A stretch of 64,000 nt of DNA from the NCBI GenBank assembly GCA_973895155.1, contig OZ316897.1:10439832-10503831 (forward strand), read 5' to 3'. Of the stretch, positions 1-12,363 are shown piece by piece. Position 1 is the stretch's first letter. Each line of letters starts with the position of its first letter. Under the pieces are notes generated by a model that did not search any database, was not told the DNA's origin, and saw nothing but the letters and a program-made list of their open reading frames with translations. A program made the position numbers and the translations under genes. The stretch comes from Marsupella aquatica. Lineage: Eukaryota > Plantae > Marchantiophyta.

Positions 1-202
1 AAGAATCATTTCCATTACAGGTAACTTTAAACCTAATTATAGAATTGTAGCATATTCCATTGATATCCGCAAATTTAGGAATTACTATATCTAAGTTAAG
101 GTTGAAGTGAAAAAATCCCAGCCCAACTCACGATTGGGATAATCTCAATCCAACCGTTCTTTGCTCAAACATTAAATTAGTGTGTAGAGTCAATTGTCCG
201 TA

Positions 203-845
203 CAGGGGTCATCCCTGTTTGCTATTTGGATAGGGATGATCCCTATCTGCTGTTTGGATAGGGATGATCCCTGTCCAATATTTGGATAGGGATGATCCCT
301 GTCCACCGTAGAGTACTGTAGAGGACCATATGAACTATAGCACTTTATTGGATCCTCTACAGTTTGGATCCTCTGGTTGGATAATGATCCGTATTCGCCG
401 TTTGGATCCTCTGGTTGGATAATGATCCGTATTCGCTGTTTGGATGGGGATGATCCCTGTCCGCCATTTGGATAGGGATGATCCCTGTCCACCGTTTGGA
501 TAGGGATGGTCCCTGTCCGCCGTTTTGATAGGGATGATCCCTGTCTACCCTTTCAATAGGGATCCGTGTCCACGGTCGTTCTCCGGATGATCCCTGTCCG
601 CCGTTTGAGGTATTTGCTTGATTGGACCCCAATATGAAAAGTTTCCTTGAATCATCCCTGTCAGTTGTTTGGACAGGGAATAGACCCGATCCACCATTTG
701 GACAGGGATCAGGTGTGTCCGCCTTTTGGACAATGACAGACACTATCCGCCATTTAGGCAGGGATGATCCTTGTTCGCCGTTTGGACACTGACAGACCCT
801 ATCCGTCGTTTGGACAGGGATGATCCCTGTCCACCGTCTAAATTG
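203..845. repeat. ~28-bp tandem array with palindromic core GGA(T/C)AGGGAT-G-ATCCCTGTCC
   Basis: About 20 degenerate units of consensus CCGTTTGGATAGGGATGATCCCTGTCCA. The overlapping ORFs at 190-743 are translations of this repeat. Confidence 0.95.
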
Positions 846-1007
846 GGATCAGGGATCTTAGGGCTAGATAGGGACTTTTTGGGGACCTATTATTTTGCTT
901 GATGGGGATAATCCCGATATGCGCACTGTCCTTGGAGAGGGTTGACACCTATGTGCTTCCTAGTTGGGACCATTCTTAACTAATACTTTACATTTAAAAT
1001 TGTGCAG

Positions 1008-4000
1008 GTGAATACTTTATAGGAATGACCGGAATATTTTTGAGAGGAGACAATGTGATATTGACAAATGATGGTTACGATGTTGCGAGCGGGACAGTTC
1101 AAAAAGTCAACCCGCAAGATAGTGTTCAAAAGATATTGTTGAGAGAGAATCGAATGGGAGTTCTCATTGAGAAAGTTTTGACCGAACCACAAAACTACCA
1201 TTTCCGATGCCTCGGGCAGAAAACCTTTTTGATGCCATTGATTCTTGCGTTATTTGGGATTTGTCTTGCGCATATCTATCAACGACAATAAATTCTCAAA
1301 AATGCATTAGTGTAGGTAGTTGTTCAAATAGACCCGAGAGTAATTTGGAAAAAAATCCAATTGTAGAGAAGGACTCATCGACCACTCCGAGGCAAGGGGA
1401 TGAGGTTGAAATGTTCATCTTTGGGTGTTGTGTAGCCCTTGGAGTTGTTTTCAATACAAATCCAATGGAAAGATGTCACAACATTTTACTTGGTGAATCA
1501 CGGATCAGTGTGAGGGTCATTGATGTCATTCATGGGAGTAGGGTTTTACCTTACAAACACAGTGGGGCTGAAACAATTGACGAGGCAAAAGACTCATGGG
1601 TTCTTTGGGACGTGGCAGATGTCCGAAGTAGAAAGAGTTTCTCAAAGAAGGATGCGGGTGATGATATCAACATAGAGCGGAGTTTTGTTGTGGAGTCTCC
1701 CTCAGTTGAAATTTCTAAAACTAATTGTGACTATTTCCAACGGTCAAATTGGATGTCAGAGTTGGTCGAACTATACATCGGTTCAGATCGAACCAATAGG
1801 GTTGCCACGGGGACCATCACTGTGCCTCAAGAAACGGCGGCGGTTGACGATGAAATGCTTGGTGAGGACCATGTAGGGATTGCTGTGAAAGATGTGGTGG
1901 AATCACAATACTTTCCCAACTTCCATAGGGGAGTAATTACTTTGGTTCGGTGGCGAATTGATTCAACAAAACTACTTGCAAATGGGAAATTTTTGTCGGA
2001 CATTTTGGTTGAAGGTTCAGAGAGGATGGAGTCGGTGGATAGGGATGATCTCTATCCAAATGTAAATGATAGGGGAATGCTGCGCACAAGGCCATACAAT
2101 TTCAACAAGAGGACTCATGTAGATCCGATTGAAAAGAAGAGAAGGCTATTGGAAACCAAGGCAGTTTCAAAAACAACGGAAGCTTCGATTGATGAAATTA
2201 AAAGAGAGAATTGGTGCAAGCAGAAATGTTGTCTGACTATGCCAAGAGAAGACATAGAAGATATTCGGATAGAATTTCACGGGATGTCTAGTGAGTCAAA
2301 AACATCACACATTTTCAACCTCTTCCACTACAGAGAAGATGATGTTCGTGAAAGGGGCACCATGTTCTCAAGGGTATGGTCGTATGTAGACATGCATTTG
2401 CAATCATCCATGGCTTTAGCCACACAAAATATTATGACTACAAAAGGAGATATGTGGAGGGCTGCAAAATTGGGTTCCATGGAAACACGGGCTCCATGAA
2501 AACAAGGTCAAATACCTTGCATGCACGAGCTCTATTGGAGGATTTTTTGACTCAAAATGCAGAGCCCATGCCTCATATACCTTATGTTGGGGCTCATGGG
2601 ACAGACTCCACTGAATATCGTCTTCCAGCATGTTACAAGAAGCTGGAGATTTTGGAAGATGTGAGAACAAAGATGAAGGAAGAGGGGCTTCCTCCAGTTA
2701 TAGAGAATACTCTGTACAAGATTTGGAGCAAATCATTCGCAAACTTCAGTTTCCATAAAGATGGTGCATTTGCCAAGTGTACTCTTTGTTGTGAATACAA
2801 AGATAGTTTGATGCGAGAAAGAAGGAAAAAAGAACGTGCTGAAATTGAAGAAAAACGAGCGCAACATCTTCGTGAGAAAATGTCACGTAGATATGTTTAC
2901 TATGCTCATCGAGTGATGGCTAAGCAACATCCAGGGGAATATCTTTGCATCATTCACGACAAGATGGATCAAGCAAAGACGTGGATTCCAAAAATGGTCA
3001 GTACTCCTAAATCGCTTTCGGGTCATGGGATGCCACTACCTATTGCTCTCACAGGGATGTTGACCCACGGAAGGGATCCAGGAGTCTATGCACACTTTAG
3101 TGTCATTGGCCTTTGGCCAGGAGATGCCGATTTCACGGTGACATCCTTGGCTAAGTGTCTTCGAGACCTTGAAGAGTACAATGGAGACAAGACAGGTGAC
3201 ATGTTGGATGGCCTTTATTTGGAACCTCATAGACCTTTCTTTCAAGCCCTTCTTGACTTTGATGCATTTTTTAAGGGATATTTGGAACCAAAGAGTATTC
3301 CAATGAATAGGTATATTGGTTTTGAAGATGCAGCCGAGAGTCAGACGGAGACGGTCTCCACCCAACTTGGTGAGGATCAAGGAGGGGACATGCATGGGGA
3401 ACAAGGCAGTCCATCTTTCAAGCCCTTGCCAAGGCACCTAACATTGCAAATGGATAACTCAGCAAAGGATAACAAAAACCAGACTGTCATGGCATTTTGT
3501 AGTGAGCTTGTGAGTAGAGGAGTATTTGAAACTGTTCAAATGTCTTTTCTTATGGTTGGTCATACGCACGAAGATGTTGATGCACTCTTTTCGAAGGTAT
3601 CATATCAAGTTCAGCACAAGGAAGTTGCAACTCTCCTTGCTCTTATGGCAGAGGTTTGGGAATGTGAGAGCATTCATCCAGTTCCTAGATTGATACAAGA
3701 AGTTGCATCTTACAAAGAATATCTTCAAACTTTCAACGTTAAAGATATTCAAGGTCACTCAAAACCTGTATCATTTCTTTTCTCTATGAGAGATAATGTA
3801 CCAATATTTCAGTATAAGTCCCATGTAAAGCAAGCTTGGGCTCCAGTTTGGGGAAGGTGCATTTGGGCAACAGATCTGACAACAAATTCCCTTCTTTTAC
3901 CTAGTGGAGAGCCCTTAGCTAAATCCATTGGAGAGATACACAAAAAATCTGAAGAGATTATCCCATTTCTTACCAAGTACCTTGATTTTTTGAGAAGGAG

Positions 4001-4766
4001 TTGCACTGATGAGACATCTATAGCATATAAGGAAAGATTTCCTCTTGTGAAATATTGGGAGAGAATTGTGGAGTTGTTGACAAATGGGCTTGCACTAGAA
4101 GGGGAGGGAAGTACTCAATTTCCCTTGAAAAATGGATTTTGGCCTAATACTAACCATGGCACTGGTTACAAGGTCAACCAACCGGATCAAAGTGGTCCTC
4201 CAAGTGAAGATGAGGAGAATGCGGAGATGACAGCTCTTCAAAATGAGGTCTTGGAAGAGATGGAAGATCAAGCGGCACCATTTGTTGGATCTCGAGCTGA
4301 GAGAGAACAAGGACGGTGGATTCCCCTACAGGATATTTGTCAAGGGAACTTTGTATTTCTTCGACCCGAGGATGACTGGGAGAATAAAAATGGTGGAGGT
4401 CATTTCTGGTTGGTGAGAGCTTTGGGTTCGGTTGACCCTAAGCATGAAGTCCCAACTACATCTCCAACAAACCCTCCTCTGCCTCAACAATATGCTCCAA
4501 TGTTTCCAGTCGAATGGTGGAGGCCTAAACACTCTAAACTTGATGTGACTGAGAGTGCACGGTATCTAAACTGCTTCATGTCCACTAAGACATGGGAGCG
4601 AGATCCAGGGTTTGGCGAGAACGCTCAACATTGGCAGTATGCAAATTCTGCAATGTATGGTTTTAAATCTGGCATGAAAGAAGAAAACATGGCGGGCAGA
4701 GGTTTGAAGATTCCTCGAAATGTTCTACAAACTATCCAAAGTTATCTCCAAAGGATGGACAAGTAG
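1008..4766 (+). pseudogene. Transposase of ~1250 aa once two 1-nt frameshifts are repaired: 3x TNP1/DUF8039-like domains, Cys/His zinc-binding motifs, DDD catalytic domain, C-terminal beta-barrel-like domain
   Basis: ORFs 1025-1291, 1207-2499 and 2376-4766 join through -1 shifts at ~1192 (CCACAAAACTACCA, one A short of EPQKLPFPM) and ~2365 (ATGTTCTCAAGG, one T short of MFLKGMVVC). Motifs include WCKQKCC, VCRHAFAIIHGFS, KCTLC..H and the acidic triad. Splice acceptor TGTGCAG| at 1007, with a candidate donor CAG|GTAACT at 20/21. Confidence 0.8.
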
Positions 4767-5013
4767 ACTTAGTTGTTACTTGTGAAGCTATAATAATTAT
4801 TAAATAGATAGTTACTTAGATAGTAACAAGTACCTACTAGTTATTTACTATTTTAATAGTTTTAATGTGAGACCATGCCATTGAGTGTTAGTTATACTAT
4901 CTCCTCATTTTCTAAACTTTTGATTGTTATGAATATGAATGTTTGCTTTTTTTGTATAATTAAAAATATTTTTCTATTCATTCCTTTCTTTTAAATGATT
5001 ATAATAAGAGTTG

Positions 5014-5356
5014 GTACACTTTTTAGGCCAAATGTACACTTTGTTGCACTCAAAGCTACACTTTCTAGACCAAATGCATTTAAATGTACACTTTTTAAGC
5101 CAAATGTATATTTTTTTCACTCAAATGTACACTTTCTAGGCCAAATGTACTCAAATGTACACTTTTAAAGCCAAATATACCTATTTTGATGTTCAAATAT
5201 ACATTTTTCATTGCCCAAATGTACACTCTTTAGGCCAATTGTACACTTTTCTATCCCCAAATGTACACTTTTCATTGGCCAAATGTACACTTTTTCAAGC
5301 CCAAAAGTACACTTTTCATTGCCCAAATGTACATAAATCAAATAATAATACACTTT
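5014..5356. repeat. ~21-22-bp subterminal tandem array CCAAATGTACACTTTT
   Basis: About 15 copies of AAATGTACACTTT (TGTACA palindromic core) downstream of the transposase stop codon. Confidence 0.95.
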
Positions 5357-7569
5357 TAATGAATAGGCTGATAACCTAGTTAACCTAACCTAGTCTACGA
5401 TTAAGGTTAACCCTAACTAAGGTTACAATCATAACCCTAGACCTAAGAGTAAATGTTTAACGATCCCCTCTTTACTTTGGTCTAGGGGGGAGGGTAATAC
5501 TACTAACCTATATGGTTACTCAGTGAGAAATTTTGGACAAAAACCAAACCAGTTTTTCGTCTCTAACTAGAATAAACCAGAACCAAGCCGTAGCCTAATA
5601 CATAAGAATGAGAGTATTTCTGACCAGCCAGAGCATGGTGAGATCAAAGACATCATCTCATATGGATGACTAGGGTCTCAATCTTGGGGGTTTGGCTTGT
5701 TTTCTCCCCTTTAATAGTAACTCAAACTAACTGTAGACCTCCATTTATTTTTGTTCAGCCACTCTGGGAAATTTATGTCCATGACTGTGGCTGAAATGTA
5801 AGTTTTGAGCAAACTCAGCCTGAGGGGTTTTGGGTTTGAGACTGGTCACAAGAACCACCCATGTCACCTTTGTTCTTTTTAGGTTGCCAGTTGATCTACA
5901 AGGATCAATTTTCAGTGAGGATGATAGTGCACTGGCTGCCCAAATTAGTGACTGTAGCATTTTGGGTAAATTGCACATTTTTGACTGCCACATTCAGGTC
6001 AATAGCCCTATTGGGTCTCCTACCTTTGGGATCCTGTCTTGGGCTTTGGCTCTTTGGCACTGTGAAGTGGATATTATCTATGGAAACATGAGAAAAGGTG
6101 TGTTCCTTCAAGCTGCACAAGATCATTAGGATCTCCATCCAAACCTTTGCGTTGGGATGGAATTCAAAGATATACTGTGTAAAGTATTCAACATTTTTTA
6201 ATTTGAAATTCATGTCCTTCTACTTGATGCCACCTCACTTGAGGAATCTTTTGAAAAAAGACGTTAGAAGTGGAGATCTCGTGCTTCTTCTGTCGGAAAA
6301 AAATTGAAAAATGTATTTATAATGAAGAATTCAAAGGAAAATCAAATATCTCTAAATAACACTGCTTGAAATTTGAAAAAATTGACAGTTTCTTTCCTTT
6401 TTGAAGGGGGGAAACTTATAGGGCCCAGTAAAAGGCAGACAATTATACGAATACCACCTAACCCTGTATATCAAAAGCCTGGCAATTCTGGCGACCAGCT
6501 TTATCCACTTTTGCTGTAGAAATGTCGAGGTCCATTCATCACACTGTTTGTGGAGATTCGATGGGAATAGCTACTCTAGGCAGGGTACAGCTCTTTCTTT
6601 TGGATAATCTCTATTGACACATGAGCTTTCTGACATGTAAATATCAATCTTTAAAGTTTTCTAGATTTGGGGAGAACCATTAGATCTATTGATTCACCCC
6701 TTCAGCCTGGTATATGTTTAGCAAATATAACGACAAATACCACTAGATTCTGTCCTTTATTAGTGGCTACCCCTATTCTGGATAAGAGTTGGTCGGAAAT
6801 CCACCAAAAAATCCACCGGCTACATTCCCCTAGTATTGAAAGGATGTAGTTGCAATGGAGGGCTATTGACCCACAATCCATGTTCCATGGGACGCTCATG
6901 GGGTCCCTATGATGGTGAACTGCCCGCTGAAGGTGGTATGGGTAGGGCCGTTCTCATAGGCACTTCGTACTAAATGAAGGCCAAGGACATTCCTTGTCAA
7001 TCACTAGAACTAATGGTTCTCCCCGAATCTACTGTAAAACTTGTTAGTCAAGAAAAAATTGAAATGGCCACCAACAAAAACCTGGAAGCAAGTAAATTAA
7101 AACAACTTTAGGCTCCTGACAACTGCTAGCCAAGTTAACAGTACAATAATTAAATAAAAGACATTTTGGTTCCAGCACAAAGCTCTGACATTGCACTTAT
7201 GGTTGGCTGGATAAACCTCTCGACAGTTTCAAGAAATGGGAAGGATTTAAATTGCAAACAAGACAGCATGGAAAACTTCATATGAAACACAATACACCAT
7301 AGTGTTATTTGTAGAAATTGGCAATGAATACATATTTTGGCACCCCAACCCTGCCTCCGTACCCCGCTGCCAGCCCCATGCTAGTAGTTGTATGAACTAT
7401 GTTAAGAGGATCAAACCCAAGAATAAGTCTGCACCATGCAGATGATAGCCCTTTCACACAAACCCCACCCAAAAGTGGGATTGAAACTAAATTACTGTAG
7501 TTTCACCAAGGGAAGAATGGCAATTTACTAGGCAACGGGCTGGCTAAAATGGCAATTTTCTGGGCAGTG

Positions 7570-7830
7570 GACGGGCAGACAAGTCCAATAGCCATTAATA
7601 ACTATCCAAGGACTGGGACGTCTCCCTGAAGAACCCTGATGGGTTTTGGTTACTGGGTACATTGTATACTATTTTCTAGACAACCGGCAGGCAGCAGATG
7701 GGCAGACAAGTCTGATAGCCATTAATAACTATCCAGAGACTCTTCTCTCCTAATACCCTGCTGGGTTTTGGTTACTGGGTACATTAAAAAGTTTAGGGTT
7801 TAGGGTTTTGGTTACTGGGTACATTAAAAA
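7570..7830. repeat. Local direct repeats with a telomere-like patch
   Basis: GGCAGACAAGTC..ATAGCCATTAATAACTATCCA occurs twice (~7574, ~7701). GGTTTTGGTTACTGGGTACATT-type motif occurs three times (~7641, ~7763, ~7803). TTTAGGGTTTTAGGGTTTTGG at ~7792-7810. Confidence 0.8.
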
Positions 7831-8934
7831 GATCTCTGTTGTAAGTATATTTCACACTGTCAAAGAGCAAAAATAAAAAATCAAGAGACAAGATCCCAGG
7901 GACAAGAGACCAAACAAGGGGGAGAAAACAAGGGAAAACTTTAAGGTTTTACTACATATCTTCAGCATATATGAAGAGCATCAAGGACAAGACTGAGTAG
8001 GTGTCTAACAAGACACACAGTCTTGGGGAGTGTTGGGTGCCTAGAGGTAACTGGGAGAATTGATGTACTAGTGTTGTCACAATTAGTCTGCTAGACTTTT
8101 GAGAGGTAGCTTGGACAATCTCTGAAGAGTAAATTCCACAGGAAGTTGGAGCCCCAAAATAGCAGAATGGTCAATCACCTTGTCTCCTAAGCTGGGCCAA
8201 AGCTCTATTGACCTGGGTTTACATGTTTTTTGGGAAGTTATATTGATCTAAAACCTAGAACGCCAGAAGCACCTGGCTATTATCTGTTAGTGGGTAATCT
8301 ATTCACAACTCTCGGTGGGTGCATGTTTTGGCATTTGTTTCTGAAAAAGCTGGAATATTTTTTAGTATCTAGATCTATATCTTTTGGGAAAACATTCTTT
8401 CAAAAATCTCATTTCATCAAAAAGAAAACAGGCACCACTCATGCCTGGTAAAAGAAGTTTGCAGATTGCTTTACGTTGCACGGAAAGTTTCATGACCTTT
8501 ATGACTGTATATTAAAGAAGCACAAAGTCCAGATGGACAAGCCTACAACTCCAATGGTAGATTTCCTTTGCACATTATTGGGACTCAGAAGTTGCTAGGT
8601 CCATCTCAACATCAGTTTCTCTAATAAAAGAAAGTGAAGTCCTCACGGACCATTAGACAAAATGCCCAAATGAAGCAACCCAACCAAACCCAGATGGACT
8701 ACAGAATTGATTACAATCTAAGTATACATAATTTAGGAACTTGTTCCAATTACTTTATCTTTGTAAAAAAATCCATGTCTCTGGCCGACAATAACTTGGT
8801 CCAATCATGTGGGTTGCAAGTTCATGAGGGTGGTCCATCTGAGAGCATGAATTTCATGATAATTAAAAAATAAATTTGGACGCCAAAAAATGCGCTAACT
8901 TACTGTAGAGAACCCCACACAACAATGTTATGTA

Positions 8935-10165
8935 GTAACAGCAAACTACCAATCATAACAACCAGTACCGTAGTAAGTTGGTTGGGCCCAGCGTTCATTG
9001 TTACCTAATCCATACTCAACTCCGTGGACAGCTTTTCCTAGTGAATTATTGACACTGTTCACCTGATTAGTGTTATACAAAAATTAGTGCTAGGCAAAAT
9101 AAACGTTAATAACACTAATTGTGGTAAAAGTGATTTTTGTCACTTTTCCAGAAAAGGTTGCTTTTCACGTTTGTTTATACGGCTAGTAAAAAGGGATGAT
9201 CTTGAGTCCAAAGTAATTCTTGTGGATTTTCAGAATAGTTTTTTTTCCCTCCATTTTTCGCTCTTAAGATCATATTAAGACTAATTCATGTGCACAAGAA
9301 TAGTGTTAGCACAAAATTATTGTGACCAACACTCATTTGTGAATATACCCTGAAAATTCGCGCTCTCAAATAATGTTAGTCACACTAGTTATGGTCAAAA
9401 GTGTAAATAGATATTTGGGGTTCACAGATTGTTTTTGGGACAAAAGTGATTTTCGAGGCAAAAAGGAAAACCTTTCTGTAGAACGCACATAACTAACTTT
9501 AGAATGTCCCACACAAGTCATTAACGACAAACTAACAACCTGTACCGTAGTAAGTTGAACTGGTCCAGCCTTTTTGCTCGGTCTGAACGCGATCATACGC
9601 CCCCAAACCATACTCTAGTCCTGGGACGGCTCTTTCTGGTGAATAAATTAATTAGATCTGGAAATTCACAAATCGTTTTAAGTTGCACAAAAATATTTTC
9701 GAGGCAAAAACCAAAAAACCTACTGTAAAACGCACATAACTAACTTTAGAGTATCCCACACAACATAGGGTACTCAGTAACGACAAACTAACAACCTGTA
9801 CCGTAGTAAGCTGAACAAATCCAGCCTTTTTGCTGGGTCTGAACGCGATCATTGGCCCCTAATCCCTACTCTGCTCGGAGGACGGCTTCTTCTCGTGAAT
9901 TAACTACATTACACTATTTAGATCCGGGGGTGTCACAGATTGTGTTAGAGCTGCACTAAAAGTTGTTTTCGAGGCAATAAGAAAAATTGAAAAAACCTTC
10001 TGTACAGCCTCTAAACAAACTAACAACCTGTACCGTAGTAAGTTGAACCGGTCCAGCTTTTTTGCTCGGTCTGAACGCGATCATTCGCCCCTAAGCCCTA
10101 CTCTATCCCAAGGAGTCAAGGACGGCTGTTTCCGGTGAAATAATTTATTAATTTAATAAATCCGG
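8935..10165. repeat. ~250-bp tandem repeat (3 good copies plus 1 diverged) upstream of the BTB gene region
   Basis: AACTAACAACCTGTACCGTAGTAAG(T/C)TGAAC..TCCAGC.TTTTTGCT.GGTCTGAACGCGATCAT at ~9530, ~9786 and ~10018; diverged copy at ~8955. Confidence 0.9.
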
Positions 10166-10246
10166 GGGCTCGATTCTCATCACATCATTCTGTCGTTGTG
10201 TTTTGTCTCCTCTCGTAACCAAAAGCTCTACAGTAACGCGAGTAAA

Positions 10247-10252
<6 letters not shown>

Positions 10253-10284
<32 letters not shown>
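10253..10284 (+). repeat. (AG)16 microsatellite, probably near the start of the BTB gene's 5' leader
   Basis: The repeat is read directly. GA repeats are typical of plant 5' UTRs and promoters; the leader assignment is inference. Confidence 0.9.
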
Positions 10285-10286
<2 letters not shown>

Positions 10287-12363
10287 TTCATGTTTGCGCT
10301 GAATGGAAGGTAAAGCAGGGGCGAAGAAATCGATCCACTACTATTGTCGTTGATACGCTCTACTGTAACTCGTGGATTCCGGTTTCTATGCTTCCCAAGC
10401 TCTCATCGGTTCCATGTGCGGCAGAGAAGCGGAGCTGCGAACAGGAACGCCCGGACAGAGAGAGAAGACGGAGTCCGATTTGCGCTTTTTGGAAGCAATG
10501 TCGGATTGAGCGAGATCCTGCCACCTTTCACGAGGTAATCTTTTATAGCATTTCGAGGAAGGGGAAGGGGAGTGCGTGGAAAGGGAGGCGGAGGGAGACG
10601 ACGTCAAACGACCGAGTTGGATTGATGACGAAGCTTGTTCGTCGCTCTTCGGTGTTCTGTCGGATCGGGGGATTGCTGTCCGTTTGCTATCAGAGTGAGG
10701 AGGAAGATTGCGACGAAGTCAAGTCGAGGGGAGAGAGGAGGCAGTTGATCAAGTCCACGCCCAGCCGAGCCAGCGACGCTGCTCGACAACTTACTGAGGA
10801 TTGGTGATCCGCCCATCTCGAGCGAAGTGAGGGAGATCGCTAGTGACAGAATAGGATGAGGTATAGAATGGTATGATGCAAGACAAGAAGGCCAGGCGAC
10901 CGCAGAAAGGAGAATCGAGAGGAGGGGCCGACCAAGGCCTGGTCTAGTCTCGCCTTGTAGAGGTTGTGTGGGACCACTGAGACTGTGGTAAGGTGTGGAG
11001 CAAGTCTAGATAGCTGAATGTTTCATGACATTATTCGATTGTGCTCATAGGTTGGACATCATCAAATCAGAGGGAACACGTTGGCACTTTCCGCACTCCA
11101 AGAGTTCACTCAGCAAGGACTGACTCCGTAACTTACGAGCGCAACCACGTACAGGATCTTTGACCTTCTTCTGGAGGAAGTTGATGGATGGTTCTTCAGC
11201 GACAGGGAAATTCGGCTCGTAATTCTCGGCATGCGGCCCGTTCTACGAGCATCGTGACATCTACAGCATCAATTAGTACCTCGCGGACATCTGTAGCGGT
11301 ATTGAACTTTTCTGGGATACATAATCTTCACGAGGTGGTTGGGAGCTTTGTGGAACTGGCGAAGCTTTTACTATTGTTTACTATTGTGCAGCACTGGGCA
11401 GGCACCTTCATCAACAGAAGTCGCTCTTCGTCTCATTCCGCTGCCGGAATCCTGTGGCTACGAGCTTGGGTTCGATCAGCTGCAACAGGATGCTGCTGCT
11501 CCGTCTGCATTGATTGATGTTTGATTACCCGTAAGCTCGGCGCGTGGTTTGTTACGAGAACTAATGTGCAATCTCCCGTCCTTTTCATCTACTGTAAGCT
11601 CAGCTGGAGTACTGGAACTGAGCTGAGCCCTGACAGCTACCATACCACCAGTTCCGTCTGTTGCCCGACTTCTCCTCCCCATTCGCCGTGTGAAAATGGC
11701 CTTGTGGTGATTTCTGTGGAGACGGTGTCACCAGGATTTCTGCCCTCTGACCCGTTCGCGTTCCCGAAATTGCCATTTTTCCCACGGGACTCTACCTCGT
11801 CCCCCATCTCTCGCGCTCCTTCCACCCTTAGGGGTCATCTGCAAGTATTGCTGGACAGGGCAGAGGAATCCTCAATCTACCTTCCTCTGATTCTTCTTCA
11901 TCTGATATCCTTGGGGAGTGACTTCTGGAGGATCGTGTGCGCTACGTTCGTGGCGTTAATTAATCAATCAAACTCTCGATTCTTTATCCGTCATTGCTGG
12001 ACGGGAAACAGGGGGGAACCGGTCCTTACTCACCCTTCCCAAGTAACTACGTATCATTGCCGTAACTTGACCATTTAAGCGAAGAATCGATCCGTCTTCC
12101 TCTGCACCGTAGGCAGGCAGGGAAAGGAAAGGAAAGGAGCTAGAATTGATTGATATGGTCCGTTAATCGAATGCTCGACCGTGACGAATCAGGATGTGGC
12201 AGAGGTTCATCAATGGTGAATTCTTTGGCGTTCCATCGTCTCCAGCACAGAGATGAGTGGTCTGCTAAGAAGGGTATGACCTTATTATGTTTCTGGTAGA
12301 GAGTGACGAAGGAAGGGTGTGATTTATAAGGCAGGTTAGGCGGTAGGTAAGGAAGCAGGACGG

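Larger units (their letters stand above)
1..5525 (+). mobile_element. Sola-like (DDD/RNase H-fold) DNA transposon, left end outside the window
   Basis: Large transposase reading frame with IIHDKMDQ / LQMDNSAKDNKN / GHTHEDVD motifs. Tandem-repeat arrays lie on both sides (203-845 and 5014-5356). Candidate right end is ...TATGGTTACTC(5521)AGTG(5525); the exact terminus is uncertain. Confidence 0.75.

Noticed and set aside
190-845. ORFs 190-492, 357-743 and 545-733, and a CRISPR-like look of the palindromic array
   Set aside because: The ORFs are translations of a tandem repeat. Units are contiguous with no unique spacers, there are no cas genes, and the context is eukaryotic.
1185-2375. Programmed -1 ribosomal frameshifting in the transposase
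   Set aside because: No X XXY YYZ slippery heptamer in the correct frame at either site. Single-base deletions are the simpler explanation.
6420-7010. Possible LINE C-terminal relic on the minus strand
   Set aside because: Only vague Trp-rich fragments and no diagnostic motif.
7792-7810. Interstitial telomeric repeat
   Set aside because: Only two imperfect TTTAGGG units, embedded in a local duplication.
10196-12078. ORFs of 203, 109 and 185 aa upstream of the BTB gene
   Set aside because: Non-ATG or weak starts, microsatellite-derived residues and no recognisable domain. More likely 5' UTR or intron sequence.
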